Below, in pieces: positions 28,685-39,600 of a stretch of 64,000 nucleotides of DNA. The DNA comes from a virus (taxonomy: Duplodnaviria; Caudoviricetes). The stretch is taken from the IMG/VR virus record IMGVR_UViG_3300035492_000236. One strand, given 5' to 3'. Under the pieces are notes generated by a model that saw nothing but the letters and a program-made list of their open reading frames with translations, made no database searches and was not told where the DNA came from. Position 1 is the first letter of the stretch. Each line of letters begins with the position of its first letter. Both the position numbers and the translations under genes were made by a program.

Positions 28685-31186
28685 TCATCCTGCGTACGTG
28701 ATGGTGACGCGTTCGTTGTACGATTGTGGCAACGTAATGCCTTCCGGATCAATGACCACGTTTGCCGCATTAGCCAATTTAAAATGACTGGCAGGATCGT
28801 GGCTAACCATAAACACCTGACTACAAAATCCACCACCCAATAACCCCTTCACAAAGTCAATCATGGATGCGCGATGGCCTTGGTCGAAACCACTACCCAG
28901 CTCATCCAAGAACAGCGGGTAACGCTCCAACCCGCGGGCACGGTACACTGCCAACACAAACACGAAGTCAAACACTTCCTTCTGCCCTACCGACCCGAGG
29001 GAAATGTCCGCTTTGGGTCGAGAGTCGTCGCCGCTCCAATATGGGAACTTGTAGTCCATATCGGCATCGGACACGTCACAGGGCAGGACCTGCATACGAT
29101 AGCCCCATATTTGCTCTACGTATTCTGTCATCAGGTTGGTGATGCGTTCAATACATTGGTAAAGATACTTAGCCAGGACCCCAGAATCGGGAGACATGGA
29201 CTCCATGATGTGCTTGACCGCATTGAGGCGCGTGGCTTGGGTCGCAAGCTGCTGCTCCTGGTCTTCCAGACGCAGTCGCTCCCGTTCCATCTCATCGTAA
29301 CGTTGCCGACAAGTGATGAGTAGGTCCCAGAGTTGTTGGCGGTGCTCAGCCAGTAGCTCTTGCTTAATGTTAGCCACCACCACATCACTCAGCCGCTGAT
29401 GCTCGTCCAAATAGCGCTGGTGCTCGGCTTCCAGTTCGGCCGCTCGCCGCTGCCGTAGTTCCACATCGTGGAATAGCTGAAGGTGGGTCTTGGCAACGTG
29501 CTTACGCGACAGTAAGTCGTTGATGCGTTGGTTGAGCTCGGTCTCCAGCTGCTTGAGCTGATCCACATCTTCAGCCTGCGTGGCCTCTGCCAGCTTGATC
29601 TCGTCAGCGATGCGTTCTATACGCGCGTCTATATTGGCACGGCGTGCCATGGCAGACAGTTCGGTCTGGAATCGTTGAATGCTGGGCAAGTAGGACAGCG
29701 GATCCTTGGAGAAGGCGTCATTGACCGACAGGTAGCTAAATAGGCTCATCACGGGCCGTGAGGATTTGAAATACCGCCCCACGTCATTGATGCGGTCTTT
29801 AACATGCAGTAACTCACCTAATTGTTTCAGCGCACTCTCCCCAGTCTTCAGCCCTTCACGTACCACTGCTAAGTCATTGGCGACAATAGACAGTTCGTGC
29901 TGTAACCTCGCCACGTCTGACTGACGCATTCCTGGCTTGAAGGTGTGGTTGCAGTGGTCACAAACTACTTCTTTGGCCTCGTGATATGCTTTGAGTCGCA
30001 TGGTTAACTCATGCTCACGTCGCTCCAGCTGCGTCAGTTGATTAGCCAGGACCGCCACTTCTTGCTGCTTGGCCGTATATTGTCCCTGCAAATCCGCAAC
30101 GGAAAAGTCCACGGCAAATGCTTTAAGACCATTCACCAGCGTTTCAATGTAGCTGCCTGTGCTTTCTTCGGCGTGTGAAAGTTCAGCCAAAGTGTATTGG
30201 AGTAAGTCCGGGAACAACAACTGTCCTAATTCGTTGTCCAGTGTCTGTTTGGTGCGCATGAGCTCTTGTTCTTGCATGCGCAGTTCACCAACGTCGATCT
30301 GTGTCACCTGGATGGCCTTGTTAAGTCGGCCTTGCAGGTCCTCTAACCGCTCCAGGGTTTGTTGGTAGTGTGCGTCGATGGCTACCAGCTCCTGTTCCAA
30401 CTCACGCGTTGACAGGGCCTGTAAACTACGTGGTACAGCGATGTCCAACTTCATCACTTCGTTGTGAATATGTTGGAGCTTGGCTTCCACTCGTTCAAGG
30501 TTCGTGATAGATACGTCGGGGTTGGATTGACAGCGGTCAATCTCTCGATCAAGGGCGGAGATGTCCTGCTGGAGTTCTTGTAGCCGCGTTCGAAGGGCAT
30601 TGCGTTCTTCCTCCGACGCCACCACTCGCGGACGCAACTCGCCAATGGTGTATTGTAGCGACTTAATACTACCCGTCAGGTCGCGGTGGTGTTCTTTGGT
30701 CTTCTTGTAGAAGGTAAGCGCGTACGACAGGTCAGATTCTGACAGCGAACTAAACCACTTCTTCCGATCGCCTACTGACATCGAAGTCAGCTTGACGCGT
30801 CCGGTGAGCAAATCGTGCAGGTCTTTGTCATAATTGAACAGTTGTTTGATCAGCTTGTTAAACACCGCACTGTTGGCGTCTTTAACCAGCACTACGTTAT
30901 CGGTCAAGTTGATCAGGGTGTTCTTGATATGGCCGTTGCGATTCACACTGCGCAATTCGTAGCGTACGTTGTCCAGCCGCACCACTTGAGCTTTGTGTCC
31001 GTCTGCCAAGATGTCAAACCGAGTCGGTGCCAGCGGACTCAACATCGCAATTAGACGTGACTTACCGCAGCCGTTACGACCAAGGATAATGGTGATGGCT
31101 TCCTCGATGGTCATTTTAAAGCTTTCTATTTTATTCAGCCACATGCCGTCGAAGTTTTTCAGTTCGATTGATTCAATGAGGTACAT
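28685..31186 (-). CDS. sbcC: SbcC/Rad50-like SMC ATPase, phiKZ gp165-like
   Basis: Walker A GRNGCGKS, long coiled coils with a CDHC zinc hook, signature-like GSVGQKE, Walker B LFLDE. Confidence 0.9.
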   Translation of the reverse strand: MYLIESIELKNFDGMWLNKIESFKMTIEEAITIILGRNGCGKSRLIAMLSPLAPTRFDILADGHKAQVVRLDNVRYELRSVNRNGHIKNTLINLTDNVVLVKDANSAVFNKLIKQLFNYDKDLHDLLTGRVKLTSMSVGDRKKWFSSLSESDLSYALTFYKKTKEHHRDLTGSIKSLQYTIGELRPRVVASEEERNALRTRLQELQQDISALDREIDRCQSNPDVSITNLERVEAKLQHIHNEVMKLDIAVPRSLQALSTRELEQELVAIDAHYQQTLERLEDLQGRLNKAIQVTQIDVGELRMQEQELMRTKQTLDNELGQLLFPDLLQYTLAELSHAEESTGSYIETLVNGLKAFAVDFSVADLQGQYTAKQQEVAVLANQLTQLERREHELTMRLKAYHEAKEVVCDHCNHTFKPGMRQSDVARLQHELSIVANDLAVVREGLKTGESALKQLGELLHVKDRINDVGRYFKSSRPVMSLFSYLSVNDAFSKDPLSYLPSIQRFQTELSAMARRANIDARIERIADEIKLAEATQAEDVDQLKQLETELNQRINDLLSRKHVAKTHLQLFHDVELRQRRAAELEAEHQRYLDEHQRLSDVVVANIKQELLAEHRQQLWDLLITCRQRYDEMERERLRLEDQEQQLATQATRLNAVKHIMESMSPDSGVLAKYLYQCIERITNLMTEYVEQIWGYRMQVLPCDVSDADMDYKFPYWSGDDSRPKADISLGSVGQKEVFDFVFVLAVYRARGLERYPLFLDELGSGFDQGHRASMIDFVKGLLGGGFCSQVFMVSHDPASHFKLANAANVVIDPEGITLPQSYNERVTITYAG

Positions 31187-31278
31187 GTTGTTCGGACCAT
31201 GGTTGAGGTTCTATATCATTTCCCATGGCGGTAAAAAATCAGGCATCCTATAGACGCAAACTAAATCGGAGTCAGTCC

Positions 31279-32184
31279 ATGGAACTTTCACATTTGCACT
31301 TTCATTCCTGGGGGTTAGTGGCTGAAAACGCTGCGATCGGTCAGCAGGTGGTGAGTGTGGTGCCGGTTGAATACCGGTTCGGCCATAAAGAGGTGGTGAT
31401 TGATAACCCACAGGAGGATGTGGTCACCTATCCGTCTGAGGACGGGATGGAAACTGTCAAGGTTTTCCACAACGGTGCCGTCCCCTGTCAGTGGCTTAAT
31501 CTTAACGGTAACCGAGTCACCCCGCCCAACGTTCGACGTAATGACGACGTCATCATCTTACGCATGGGCAACACTGACCAGTATTACTGGATGGACTTTA
31601 ATATCGCCAATGTAAAGCGACTGGAAACGGCCGTGTGGGCATGGTCAGGCGATCCCAACAACCCCATTAAAGACGACCTCTCTAATGCGTACCGGCTAGA
31701 AATATCCACGCATGGTGGTCTGGTTACGTTCACTACCTCCCGGGCCAATGGCGAGCCATTCGGTTATGTGCATCAATTCAACACCAAAGACGGTAAGGTG
31801 GTGTTAGAGGACACAGCCGGGAACCGTATCTACATGGATAGTTCCCGCACGGACATTGGCATGATCAATGCTGACAAAACGTTTCTCCGTCTCAACCGCA
31901 AGAACATCGAGGCCTACGCGCCGGACAGTATACACTGGACCGCTGTGAAACACGTGAGCTTCAAATGTCAGACCATGTCAATCCAAGCCGCCGACAGCTT
32001 GAAGATCAAGACCAACGACTTCTTGGCCGATACGCCAGTCGCCACCTTCACTGGGCTGGTAAAGGCCGATTCAATGAGCTGCACGAACGGTGGTCAATTT
32101 GGGAGTGTGGATGCCTCAGGCGCCATCAATGCCAAATCCATGACCGCAGACACTGCTAACTTTAAATCCCACGGACCACATTAA
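31279..32184 (+). CDS. Baseplate hub/spike-like virion protein, phiKZ gp164-like
   Basis: Start MELSHL after GGAG; WLNLNGNRVTPPNVRRND..YYW segment and a short-beta-strand-repeat C-terminus ending in His residues; divergent from SbcC as in phiKZ. Confidence 0.65.
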   Translation: MELSHLHFHSWGLVAENAAIGQQVVSVVPVEYRFGHKEVVIDNPQEDVVTYPSEDGMETVKVFHNGAVPCQWLNLNGNRVTPPNVRRNDDVIILRMGNTDQYYWMDFNIANVKRLETAVWAWSGDPNNPIKDDLSNAYRLEISTHGGLVTFTTSRANGEPFGYVHQFNTKDGKVVLEDTAGNRIYMDSSRTDIGMINADKTFLRLNRKNIEAYAPDSIHWTAVKHVSFKCQTMSIQAADSLKIKTNDFLADTPVATFTGLVKADSMSCTNGGQFGSVDASGAINAKSMTADTANFKSHGPH

Positions 32185-32196
32185 TTGACACAACTG

Positions 32197-32226
32197 CGTG
32201 CAGGGAGGCACATGCCTCCCTGCACG
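32197..32226. terminator. Hairpin between convergent genes
   Basis: CGTGCAGGGAGGC-ACAT-GCCTCCCTGCACG, 13-bp stem. Confidence 0.75.
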
Positions 32227-32227
32227 G

Positions 32228-33463
32228 TTATTTGATGCGTGCGCGGTAATGAATCATCGTTGGTTCAATTTCCATCACTGGCCGGTAGGGTGCAGCTCCG
32301 CCATTCATTCGGACCAGCTGCAGCCAGTCGGTGTCGTGGTGCATGTAGGTCTGTCGATGTGACTCCACGCCACACAGCGCCCAGACGAACTCTCCGCGCA
32401 CTGGCCAATACTCAATCCCCCGCCCCAAATGATCCACTAAACGAGAATGGGTGCGATCGATCGGGACCACGTAGCTTCCCATCTTGGCACTCAGACTCAC
32501 GCCGGTTTTATCCACCATCAGGTCCGGATTGTCAATCAGTACCAGAAAACTGTAGGGTGACGTCAGGTACTTGTGGATGGCGTTGTCGCTAGTGACATGA
32601 CTCATCACAGATTGACTGTCGATGTCATCCAGTCCCATCATCTCCAAGTCCAACGTGTCTTGGGTCTCCAGCACCCGCTCGACATAACGACTGTTCCGCA
32701 ACGTTATCGCGATGGTGTTGTCACCAATCACCGACACTACATTATCGAGCAAGTGTAAATGACCGCCCAGTACCAACCCGACCGTCTTCCGGTTGATGTT
32801 CTGCCGAACGTCGATCAGGATGCGATCGAAGTAGGTGTGCTGCTCGCTGACCTTGTGGATGTTATCGGCAGTGATCGGAACCTGGGCTATGGTGCCGATA
32901 TGCTCAAATGACAGCAGGCCTGCGTCCATCCTACCCGACTTGCGGATGATATCGCCAGCGTACTTTAACCGGCAGCCGTATTGGTGATAGGTAGTGGGGA
33001 CCACTAGCCCATTGATGGTGAACAGGCATTTATAATGCAAGTCAGCCGGAGCAATGTCGTCGTACGTGATGACCAAATCATCGTAATCTTCGACGGCCAC
33101 CTCGTGTGAGGGGTGGTATCCGGCCTTGGCCATCTTAAAGGTGCCTTTACGCAGCGTGAGTGGCACGTAACGCGTTTCCCCAATGATTAAAGAAGGATGG
33201 CCGTCAGTCAGTTGCAATGCCTCATGGCCGATGTCGTTGAGCCACTGTGGGAGTGTCCGACGACTGTCTCGAATTCGCCCTTCATACTGGAACAAATCGA
33301 GGGTCTTGTCCGCCCCGTAGAAGTCCGTCAGCGGGACCTCCAGTTGGCGATAGTTGGCGATGAGTTCGTTTAGTGGTGTTAGTTCGATGTCGATGGTATC
33401 CCACCGTCGCGTTTGACGGGTCTTGGCCACTGCTAATCCCGCCAATTGATAATGACCGTGCAT
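32228..33463 (-). CDS. Probable virion structural protein
   Basis: 411 aa, AAGGAG SD, preceded by an ATAGTATGT late-type motif; CLFTING and YLTSPYSFLV segments. Confidence 0.55.
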   Translation of the reverse strand: MHGHYQLAGLAVAKTRQTRRWDTIDIELTPLNELIANYRQLEVPLTDFYGADKTLDLFQYEGRIRDSRRTLPQWLNDIGHEALQLTDGHPSLIIGETRYVPLTLRKGTFKMAKAGYHPSHEVAVEDYDDLVITYDDIAPADLHYKCLFTINGLVVPTTYHQYGCRLKYAGDIIRKSGRMDAGLLSFEHIGTIAQVPITADNIHKVSEQHTYFDRILIDVRQNINRKTVGLVLGGHLHLLDNVVSVIGDNTIAITLRNSRYVERVLETQDTLDLEMMGLDDIDSQSVMSHVTSDNAIHKYLTSPYSFLVLIDNPDLMVDKTGVSLSAKMGSYVVPIDRTHSRLVDHLGRGIEYWPVRGEFVWALCGVESHRQTYMHHDTDWLQLVRMNGGAAPYRPVMEIEPTMIHYRARIK

Positions 33464-33499
33464 GTATAAAGCTCCTTGAGATCATGGTGTCTGCGACTT

Positions 33500-33529
33500 A
33501 CATACTATCGGCCCCGACAAATAGTATGT
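33500..33529. promoter_or_regulatory. Back-to-back putative late promoters (ATAGTATGT on both strands)
   Basis: ACATACTAT (33500-33508) and ATAGTATGT (33521-33529) form an inverted pair facing two divergent structural genes. Confidence 0.55.
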
Positions 33530-33570
33530 CTTGGATCTTATCTTATTACTCTAGTTATTTGAGGTGTGAA

Positions 33571-36500
33571 ATGCCCCAGTACGACTATAATTTCGACCCG
33601 CACGCGTCGGCGCCGGAGAACTGGATTCTGGGCGAGGAGCATCCGACGGCGGTTACTGGCCAGCGTCGTGTGCTTGTCCCTAAATTCGCTCCTTTCTTTT
33701 TTAAGGACCTGGTGGTCCGTCTTGGGTCCGAGGAGCTCATTGAAGGACGAGACTATTACCTGTGCATTGCGTACCGGGAAGCCAGTCATCGATTCGGCCA
33801 GTTGGTGTTCGGTGGCATCTGGTTGATTGACGACAAACGCGCCGGGACGTTTCGCATTGACTACCGCACAGTAGGTGACAAATACACCCTACCGCGATCA
33901 CGCATTACGCAATACCTGACCAATGAGTTGACTGACCCACAACAGGCAGACTGGATTGATGTCATGGGTCAGCCAATGTTCATCCCACCTGTGGAGATCA
34001 AGTTTGATCGTCCCGCATACTACGACGAACAGGTGTTGTCCGCCAGCATCCGTACGTTGGCCGACGGCATCAGCGCCAAGGACCCGAAAGAGGACGAACT
34101 TTACCAGTTCCTCGATCGCTGGTTGCGGGAGCTGGAGCGGGTAGTACACACCTCACCGATGATTGCTCACCTGACCAATAAAAACAACCCACACGGCACT
34201 AAATGGTTCCATGCCGACGCATTGAAGGTGGATGGGGTTGCTGCGAACTCAGCAAAAGCCTACGGAAAAACTTTGGCTGAATTGACCGCATATGTGAATG
34301 CTCGAGGCATTACCCAAGCGCATCTGGACGCCTACATCAAACTCCGTGGTGGGAAAACCGTGACAGGTGATTTGCGCTTGCGCGACGGTGCCATGTTGAT
34401 TGAGGGTATGAAGAATGGTGCTGGAGTGGTGTTGAGTCTTGATTGCGGCAATGCTGCAGTTGACAGTAAGAAGGGGGTGGCAGTCACCGCTGACAAGAAC
34501 GCTAATCAACCTGGCAAACGAGTGAAGCTGCAAGCTGGCACTAACGTACTGGAGGTGATTTCTTCCGGTGGTGTGCAAGAAAAGGATAACTTGCGTCTCA
34601 ACGGCCACCCTGTGGTGCATGAAGGAAACCTTACCGATCATATCCCCTCGGTAGGTACGTATATCGTCGACTTACGTACAGCTGACACCCTCGTGCTGAA
34701 ATTCAGCGGATTAGGAACAGTAGCCAGCCCCCTCAAGATCGAGGCTATGATACCGCAATCGGGCCTTGGCTTGCCAGGCATCGCCACCGTAACAAGCCAG
34801 TCGGGAACCCAAACCGATCGTGCAATCAGCGAGCACGCGGTTAAGTTGACCAACGATGAGTTTACCAACAAGGTGCCCAAGACGCGCACGATCAATGGAC
34901 AGCCTTTGTCGAGTGACGTGACTTTAACTGCTGACAGTATTGGGTTGGGCAATGTGGTGAACGTGCCTGACACGGGCCTGCCTGCAAACCCCAACCATAC
35001 ACTGTTGTTGGAGAACAAGGCACCAGCTGTGCATGAGCATGGTATCGAGGATTTCGCAGTGCCGACAGCCACCACTACCGTAAAGGGCGTGGCGCGAGTA
35101 ACGGAAGATCTGTCTGCACCCAACAACACTGACGTGGCGGACAGTATTAAGGTGGCGGAGATTGCCGACCGCGCAAACTTTGCAGTGAGTCAGATCTTCA
35201 CCCGCCTGCCGAAGAACCTTATCGACGTGTCCCACTTTGGTGGTTATGGTACGTCTCCAATTGCGGTAAACAAGAATGGGTGGAAGTTGACCTTCACCCA
35301 AACTCAGCCTTACTACACTGGGCAGGTGCAATATACGTTACCGATCACTGAACTGGATCTGGCGGTGCTGTTCCCCACTACGCGGTTTAACACCGCGTTC
35401 TACATCTACGTGGAGGTGGTGGGGGGCAGCGCTAGATATGTCCTTAGGGGTGATTTTGTGGTGGATTCTGCCGCTATGTTACGGATTGGTAAGCTCACCA
35501 CCAACAGTACTGGCATTGTAACGGTGGAGGTGCTGCGCAGATGTCGGCTGGGGCAGTTCCGGGAACTAACCGACCATATCGAGGCACGCAGTGCGCACGG
35601 GTTCGATGCTGAGTCAGTTACCCCTCAGGATGTCGGACTGGGTCTAGTGGAGAACAAGCCACTCTTGGAGAGCCTGGTGATTCCGTCGTTTCGGGAGGTC
35701 TTCGATACGTGGTATCGGTTTTCACATCGCAGTGACGGCGTGTACCCATCACTGCCCGCTGAAACAACCACATGGGAATATTTGCCCGCCACTGACAGCA
35801 TACGTAACCTGACCAATTCATCGTCCTGCGTGGGGATGGTTAGTAACTCACTGGTCGGAGACTACGAGTTCGAGTGTGCAGTCTCATCAACCAATGCGGA
35901 CGATGACCATATCGGCATTGTGCTGGGTTTCGCCATTATTGATGGGGTTGAGCATACGCTCATTGCATATGCCACCGGGACCGATACTAGGGACTACTCT
36001 TTCTTCGTGGCATATAACTACACGCAGTCGTTGCACGGTGGTAGAGTGCTGTGGCAATTCAACCAACCACTTCGCAAAGGTTGGGATGAGTTGGGCGAGT
36101 GCACCATCCGAGCAGTTAAGGTGGGTAATAGGATTGATCTGGAGTTCTCCCCTTTTAGCGGTGCGTCAGAAAGTGTGGGCGCCACTTATACCGTAGAACT
36201 CACTGGAGACCTTGAAAAGTTTCGAGGCTCTACGCGGTTTGGGTATACTGCTCAATCCCAAGCCTATTCTACATGGCGGAATATCAAACGCCCTGACGAG
36301 AGTGTGGGTAACTACTACGCCGATGGCAAGCTCCTTGCCCAGAACTACTCATGGGGAGTGCGTACCACGGTAATTTCCGGCAAGCTCGCGGTGAATAACG
36401 TCAATGGCACGTATTCCATCCCACTACCACGGGTGGTTGATCCTGCCAGTTATCACGTCTGGTTGGGGCACACCAAGATCCAAGATACAAACGGCGGTCT

Positions 36501-36633
36501 TAAGACCGGTACCTTGACATTCACCAAGTATAACAACCGAGTGGAGGTGACCGAGGACACCGGTTGGTCTATCAATCAAATTGCCTATGTTATCACCATC
36601 TTCAACGATGTGCGGATGTACACCAACAATTAA
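33571..36633 (+). CDS. Tail-fibre-like virion protein 1
   Basis: Start MPQYDY after GAGGTG; shared family N-terminus (Y..DP......N...E.H...P.FAPFF), NPH motif, fibre repeats (GLGNVVN, ATTTVKG), C-terminal lectin-like module. Confidence 0.75.
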   Translation: MPQYDYNFDPHASAPENWILGEEHPTAVTGQRRVLVPKFAPFFFKDLVVRLGSEELIEGRDYYLCIAYREASHRFGQLVFGGIWLIDDKRAGTFRIDYRTVGDKYTLPRSRITQYLTNELTDPQQADWIDVMGQPMFIPPVEIKFDRPAYYDEQVLSASIRTLADGISAKDPKEDELYQFLDRWLRELERVVHTSPMIAHLTNKNNPHGTKWFHADALKVDGVAANSAKAYGKTLAELTAYVNARGITQAHLDAYIKLRGGKTVTGDLRLRDGAMLIEGMKNGAGVVLSLDCGNAAVDSKKGVAVTADKNANQPGKRVKLQAGTNVLEVISSGGVQEKDNLRLNGHPVVHEGNLTDHIPSVGTYIVDLRTADTLVLKFSGLGTVASPLKIEAMIPQSGLGLPGIATVTSQSGTQTDRAISEHAVKLTNDEFTNKVPKTRTINGQPLSSDVTLTADSIGLGNVVNVPDTGLPANPNHTLLLENKAPAVHEHGIEDFAVPTATTTVKGVARVTEDLSAPNNTDVADSIKVAEIADRANFAVSQIFTRLPKNLIDVSHFGGYGTSPIAVNKNGWKLTFTQTQPYYTGQVQYTLPITELDLAVLFPTTRFNTAFYIYVEVVGGSARYVLRGDFVVDSAAMLRIGKLTTNSTGIVTVEVLRRCRLGQFRELTDHIEARSAHGFDAESVTPQDVGLGLVENKPLLESLVIPSFREVFDTWYRFSHRSDGVYPSLPAETTTWEYLPATDSIRNLTNSSSCVGMVSNSLVGDYEFECAVSSTNADDDHIGIVLGFAIIDGVEHTLIAYATGTDTRDYSFFVAYNYTQSLHGGRVLWQFNQPLRKGWDELGECTIRAVKVGNRIDLEFSPFSGASESVGATYTVELTGDLEKFRGSTRFGYTAQSQAYSTWRNIKRPDESVGNYYADGKLLAQNYSWGVRTTVISGKLAVNNVNGTYSIPLPRVVDPASYHVWLGHTKIQDTNGGLKTGTLTFTKYNNRVEVTEDTGWSINQIAYVITIFNDVRMYTNN

Positions 36634-36648
36634 TCCATGGAGACAAGC

Positions 36649-39600
36649 ATGTCTATTGTCGTCGCTTACCCATACGACCCCGATGGGTCTCGGGAAGAAT
36701 GTCGCATCAAGGACGAGCGCCACGTCATCACCACCAACAACAACACGTATCGGGTGATTGCACCGGAACTGGCGCCGTTCTTTCGGAAGGATCTGGAGGT
36801 CGTGCATACGGCCTCCGCCCACGTATTAAAAGAGGGGGTGGACTATTACCTCGGCAATAAACTGACTAGCGTGAAAGCGATCGCCAGTTCTCCACTGTTT
36901 GGCACTATTGTGTTGATCAACCCTAACCTGTTTGGGGAGTTCACCTTGAATTACCGAACCGTTGGCTCCACGTTCGTGGGGGTGCGGTCTGAGATCATGA
37001 CGTATTTGGCGAATCACTTGACTGATCCGGTGAAGACACCCTTTGAGCGGATTATTGATCGTCCCGAATACTACACTCCACACGAGCACGAAATGCACTA
37101 CGCTGACTTTCTTAACAAAGAAGGGGTGGCGGATGCGTTGGAGGACCTTAATCAAGCGATTCTTGATGCTAGTGCAAACGAAGCCGCGGTCGCAGTGGCG
37201 GACCTGGAGCAACGCGTTGTGGCATTGAACGCGTTGCTGAACCAGTACCGTTACGACCTGCATATTGTTGATAAGACCAACCCACATGCCACTACCGCAG
37301 TGCAGGCCATGGCGCTCCCGGCGCATCAGGCTGCGCAAGACACGTTCTTGGCGTTTAACAAGACCTTGATGGAGTTGGCTGAATACATCAACGTGCGAGG
37401 TATCACTCAGGCCGATATGGACCTTTATCTGCATAAGGTCACCAGTCAGACACTGTCAGACACGCTGACGCTGCAAGACGGTCAAGCGGTACTGCGCAAC
37501 CAGCTAGGCAATGTGACCCTTAACCTGGCGAGTGGGGATGTGGTGCTGAATGCACCCGGAATGATCGAGTTGGCGGCGGCAGTGGGTGTGTTGACCTCAG
37601 CGATTCCTAACCGGCTAAAGGCCGGCAAGAACGTGCTGGAAATAATCAGTGATGGTAGTGTGCGTGCTGAAACGTCCCTGAAGTACAACGGCAAGATGGT
37701 CTACACCACCAAGAACATTCGTGCCGAGCTGTTGGGGATTGGTGCTGGACCATCGCGGATTGTAACTGCTAACACACAGTACGTGGAGATGTCTGGCGCT
37801 GGCTGGGAGGCGGCACCTCTGGTGGCGAACCTGCGGTTACCAGCAGCCACCCTTACGGGGCGGGGGATCACCCGTTTATCCAGCAGCTTGACTGGCACGC
37901 GACAAAACGTGGCCGCCACACCAAAAGCCATCAACGATCTGAGACTGAAGGTTAACAATTACGTGCCGTCGTCTCGACGCGTCAATGGAAAAGAGTTAAC
38001 GGCGGACGTAACCGTCACTACTGCAGATCTTAATCTGGACCGCGTTGACAACACCAACGATTTGGAAAAGCCGATCTCCACACCGCAACAGCAGTTGTTA
38101 GCCGGATATGCCGCTCCGGGTCACAAACACCCGGTGGGTGAGATCGAGGTTCCCATCGCCGACGAGACCACCGCCGGTATCATGTCCATGGTGAATGACC
38201 TTGAGGTGATTACGTCAATGCGAGGTGGTGCGACACCACAGGTGGCGTCGGAAATTGACGCAGTGATCAAGGAACTGGAATATGACACCGGGGCGTTGCA
38301 GCATTCATCGACGTTGAACCTCAAGTGGTGGACGTTGGATGATGCCGTGGGTTTCGAGGAACCGATTATCACGTACAGTGGGTTTGTGATCACGATTCCT
38401 GCCGGTGCTAAGGTCTACCTTAACCAAGTGGATTTTACCATCGATCGCTCCAGAACCGTTAATGGCGCTACGTTAGATTTGGCGACGCTGTTCCCAACCA
38501 ATCATAAGTACCGTACATTCTACATCTACATGCAGATGGTTAACGGTAACATTGACTATGTCGCACTCACCTCCCGTAAGGTTGTAGAATCAAACAGTGA
38601 GTGTTTCTTGTTTGCTGTGCAGACCGATGGCACCACACTCACTGCCGGTAGTGGTTATGGTTTTGCGGTGCCGTCTGACGGCATTCTGCATGTACAGCCT
38701 GTCACGTCCGTGGGGATGTTTTCAGAACTGGAAGCCCACCTTGATGAAACACTCCCTCATGGCGGCGGTGCCAACGACGGTCTGACCCAACTGGGACTTG
38801 ACTTGTTGAAGAACGTACCGACATCTGACGGGGTGTCGATTTACTCGCACGATAACCTGGACCGTTGGGATATCGTGACCACGTACAGTGATGTGGCGTT
38901 TAGTAAGCGACTAATCTCAGTAGGGGGGTCTACAGCAGCGATGGGAACCATAATGTCCAGTCAGGTCACGCAGAACGGACACACGATCCTTTATAGTCGG
39001 ATGCCGCAGTGGGACGACAACATACGTCAGCGTACTGTTTCGTACGTGATCGAACCGGGCGGTACAGCGAATCAGACCGCAGTCGGGATTTGTGTTGGTG
39101 AGGGAGTTATTAACAACACCCCGGCAGTGGTAGTGGTTGGCATTCACAATAGCGGCGACGTTACGTTCGAGGTGATAGTAAAAGACGGCGGCTTCCAACT
39201 GATTCCAATCACGGTATTATTGACCGGCGATAGCCAGATGCCTGCCAACATCCCGTACCATGTCAAAACCACGATCAATAAAGATGGCGATACTCCGTTT
39301 GTGATCACAGTCACGATGGCACACGGCAATACGTACCGGGAGGTGACTTGTACAGTACGTAAAGGGATCAATTTGGAGTTTCATGTGGAGCGCACGGCGT
39401 ATGCGGCTGGCTCAATTCCTGTATACACCACCAACGCGGTGACGGTTGAAAGTGTTGGTGCGTCTGCAGGTTTGCGTGATGTGGTTGGGCCGGATGTGTT
39501 TGGTCTCACTGTAGGGCCACGCGTCGGCGCAGGGTCGGGCCCGTGGCAGTCGGAGGTTACCATTAACTGCGTTGGGGACAGCGCGTTAGGGCAGTCGCAG

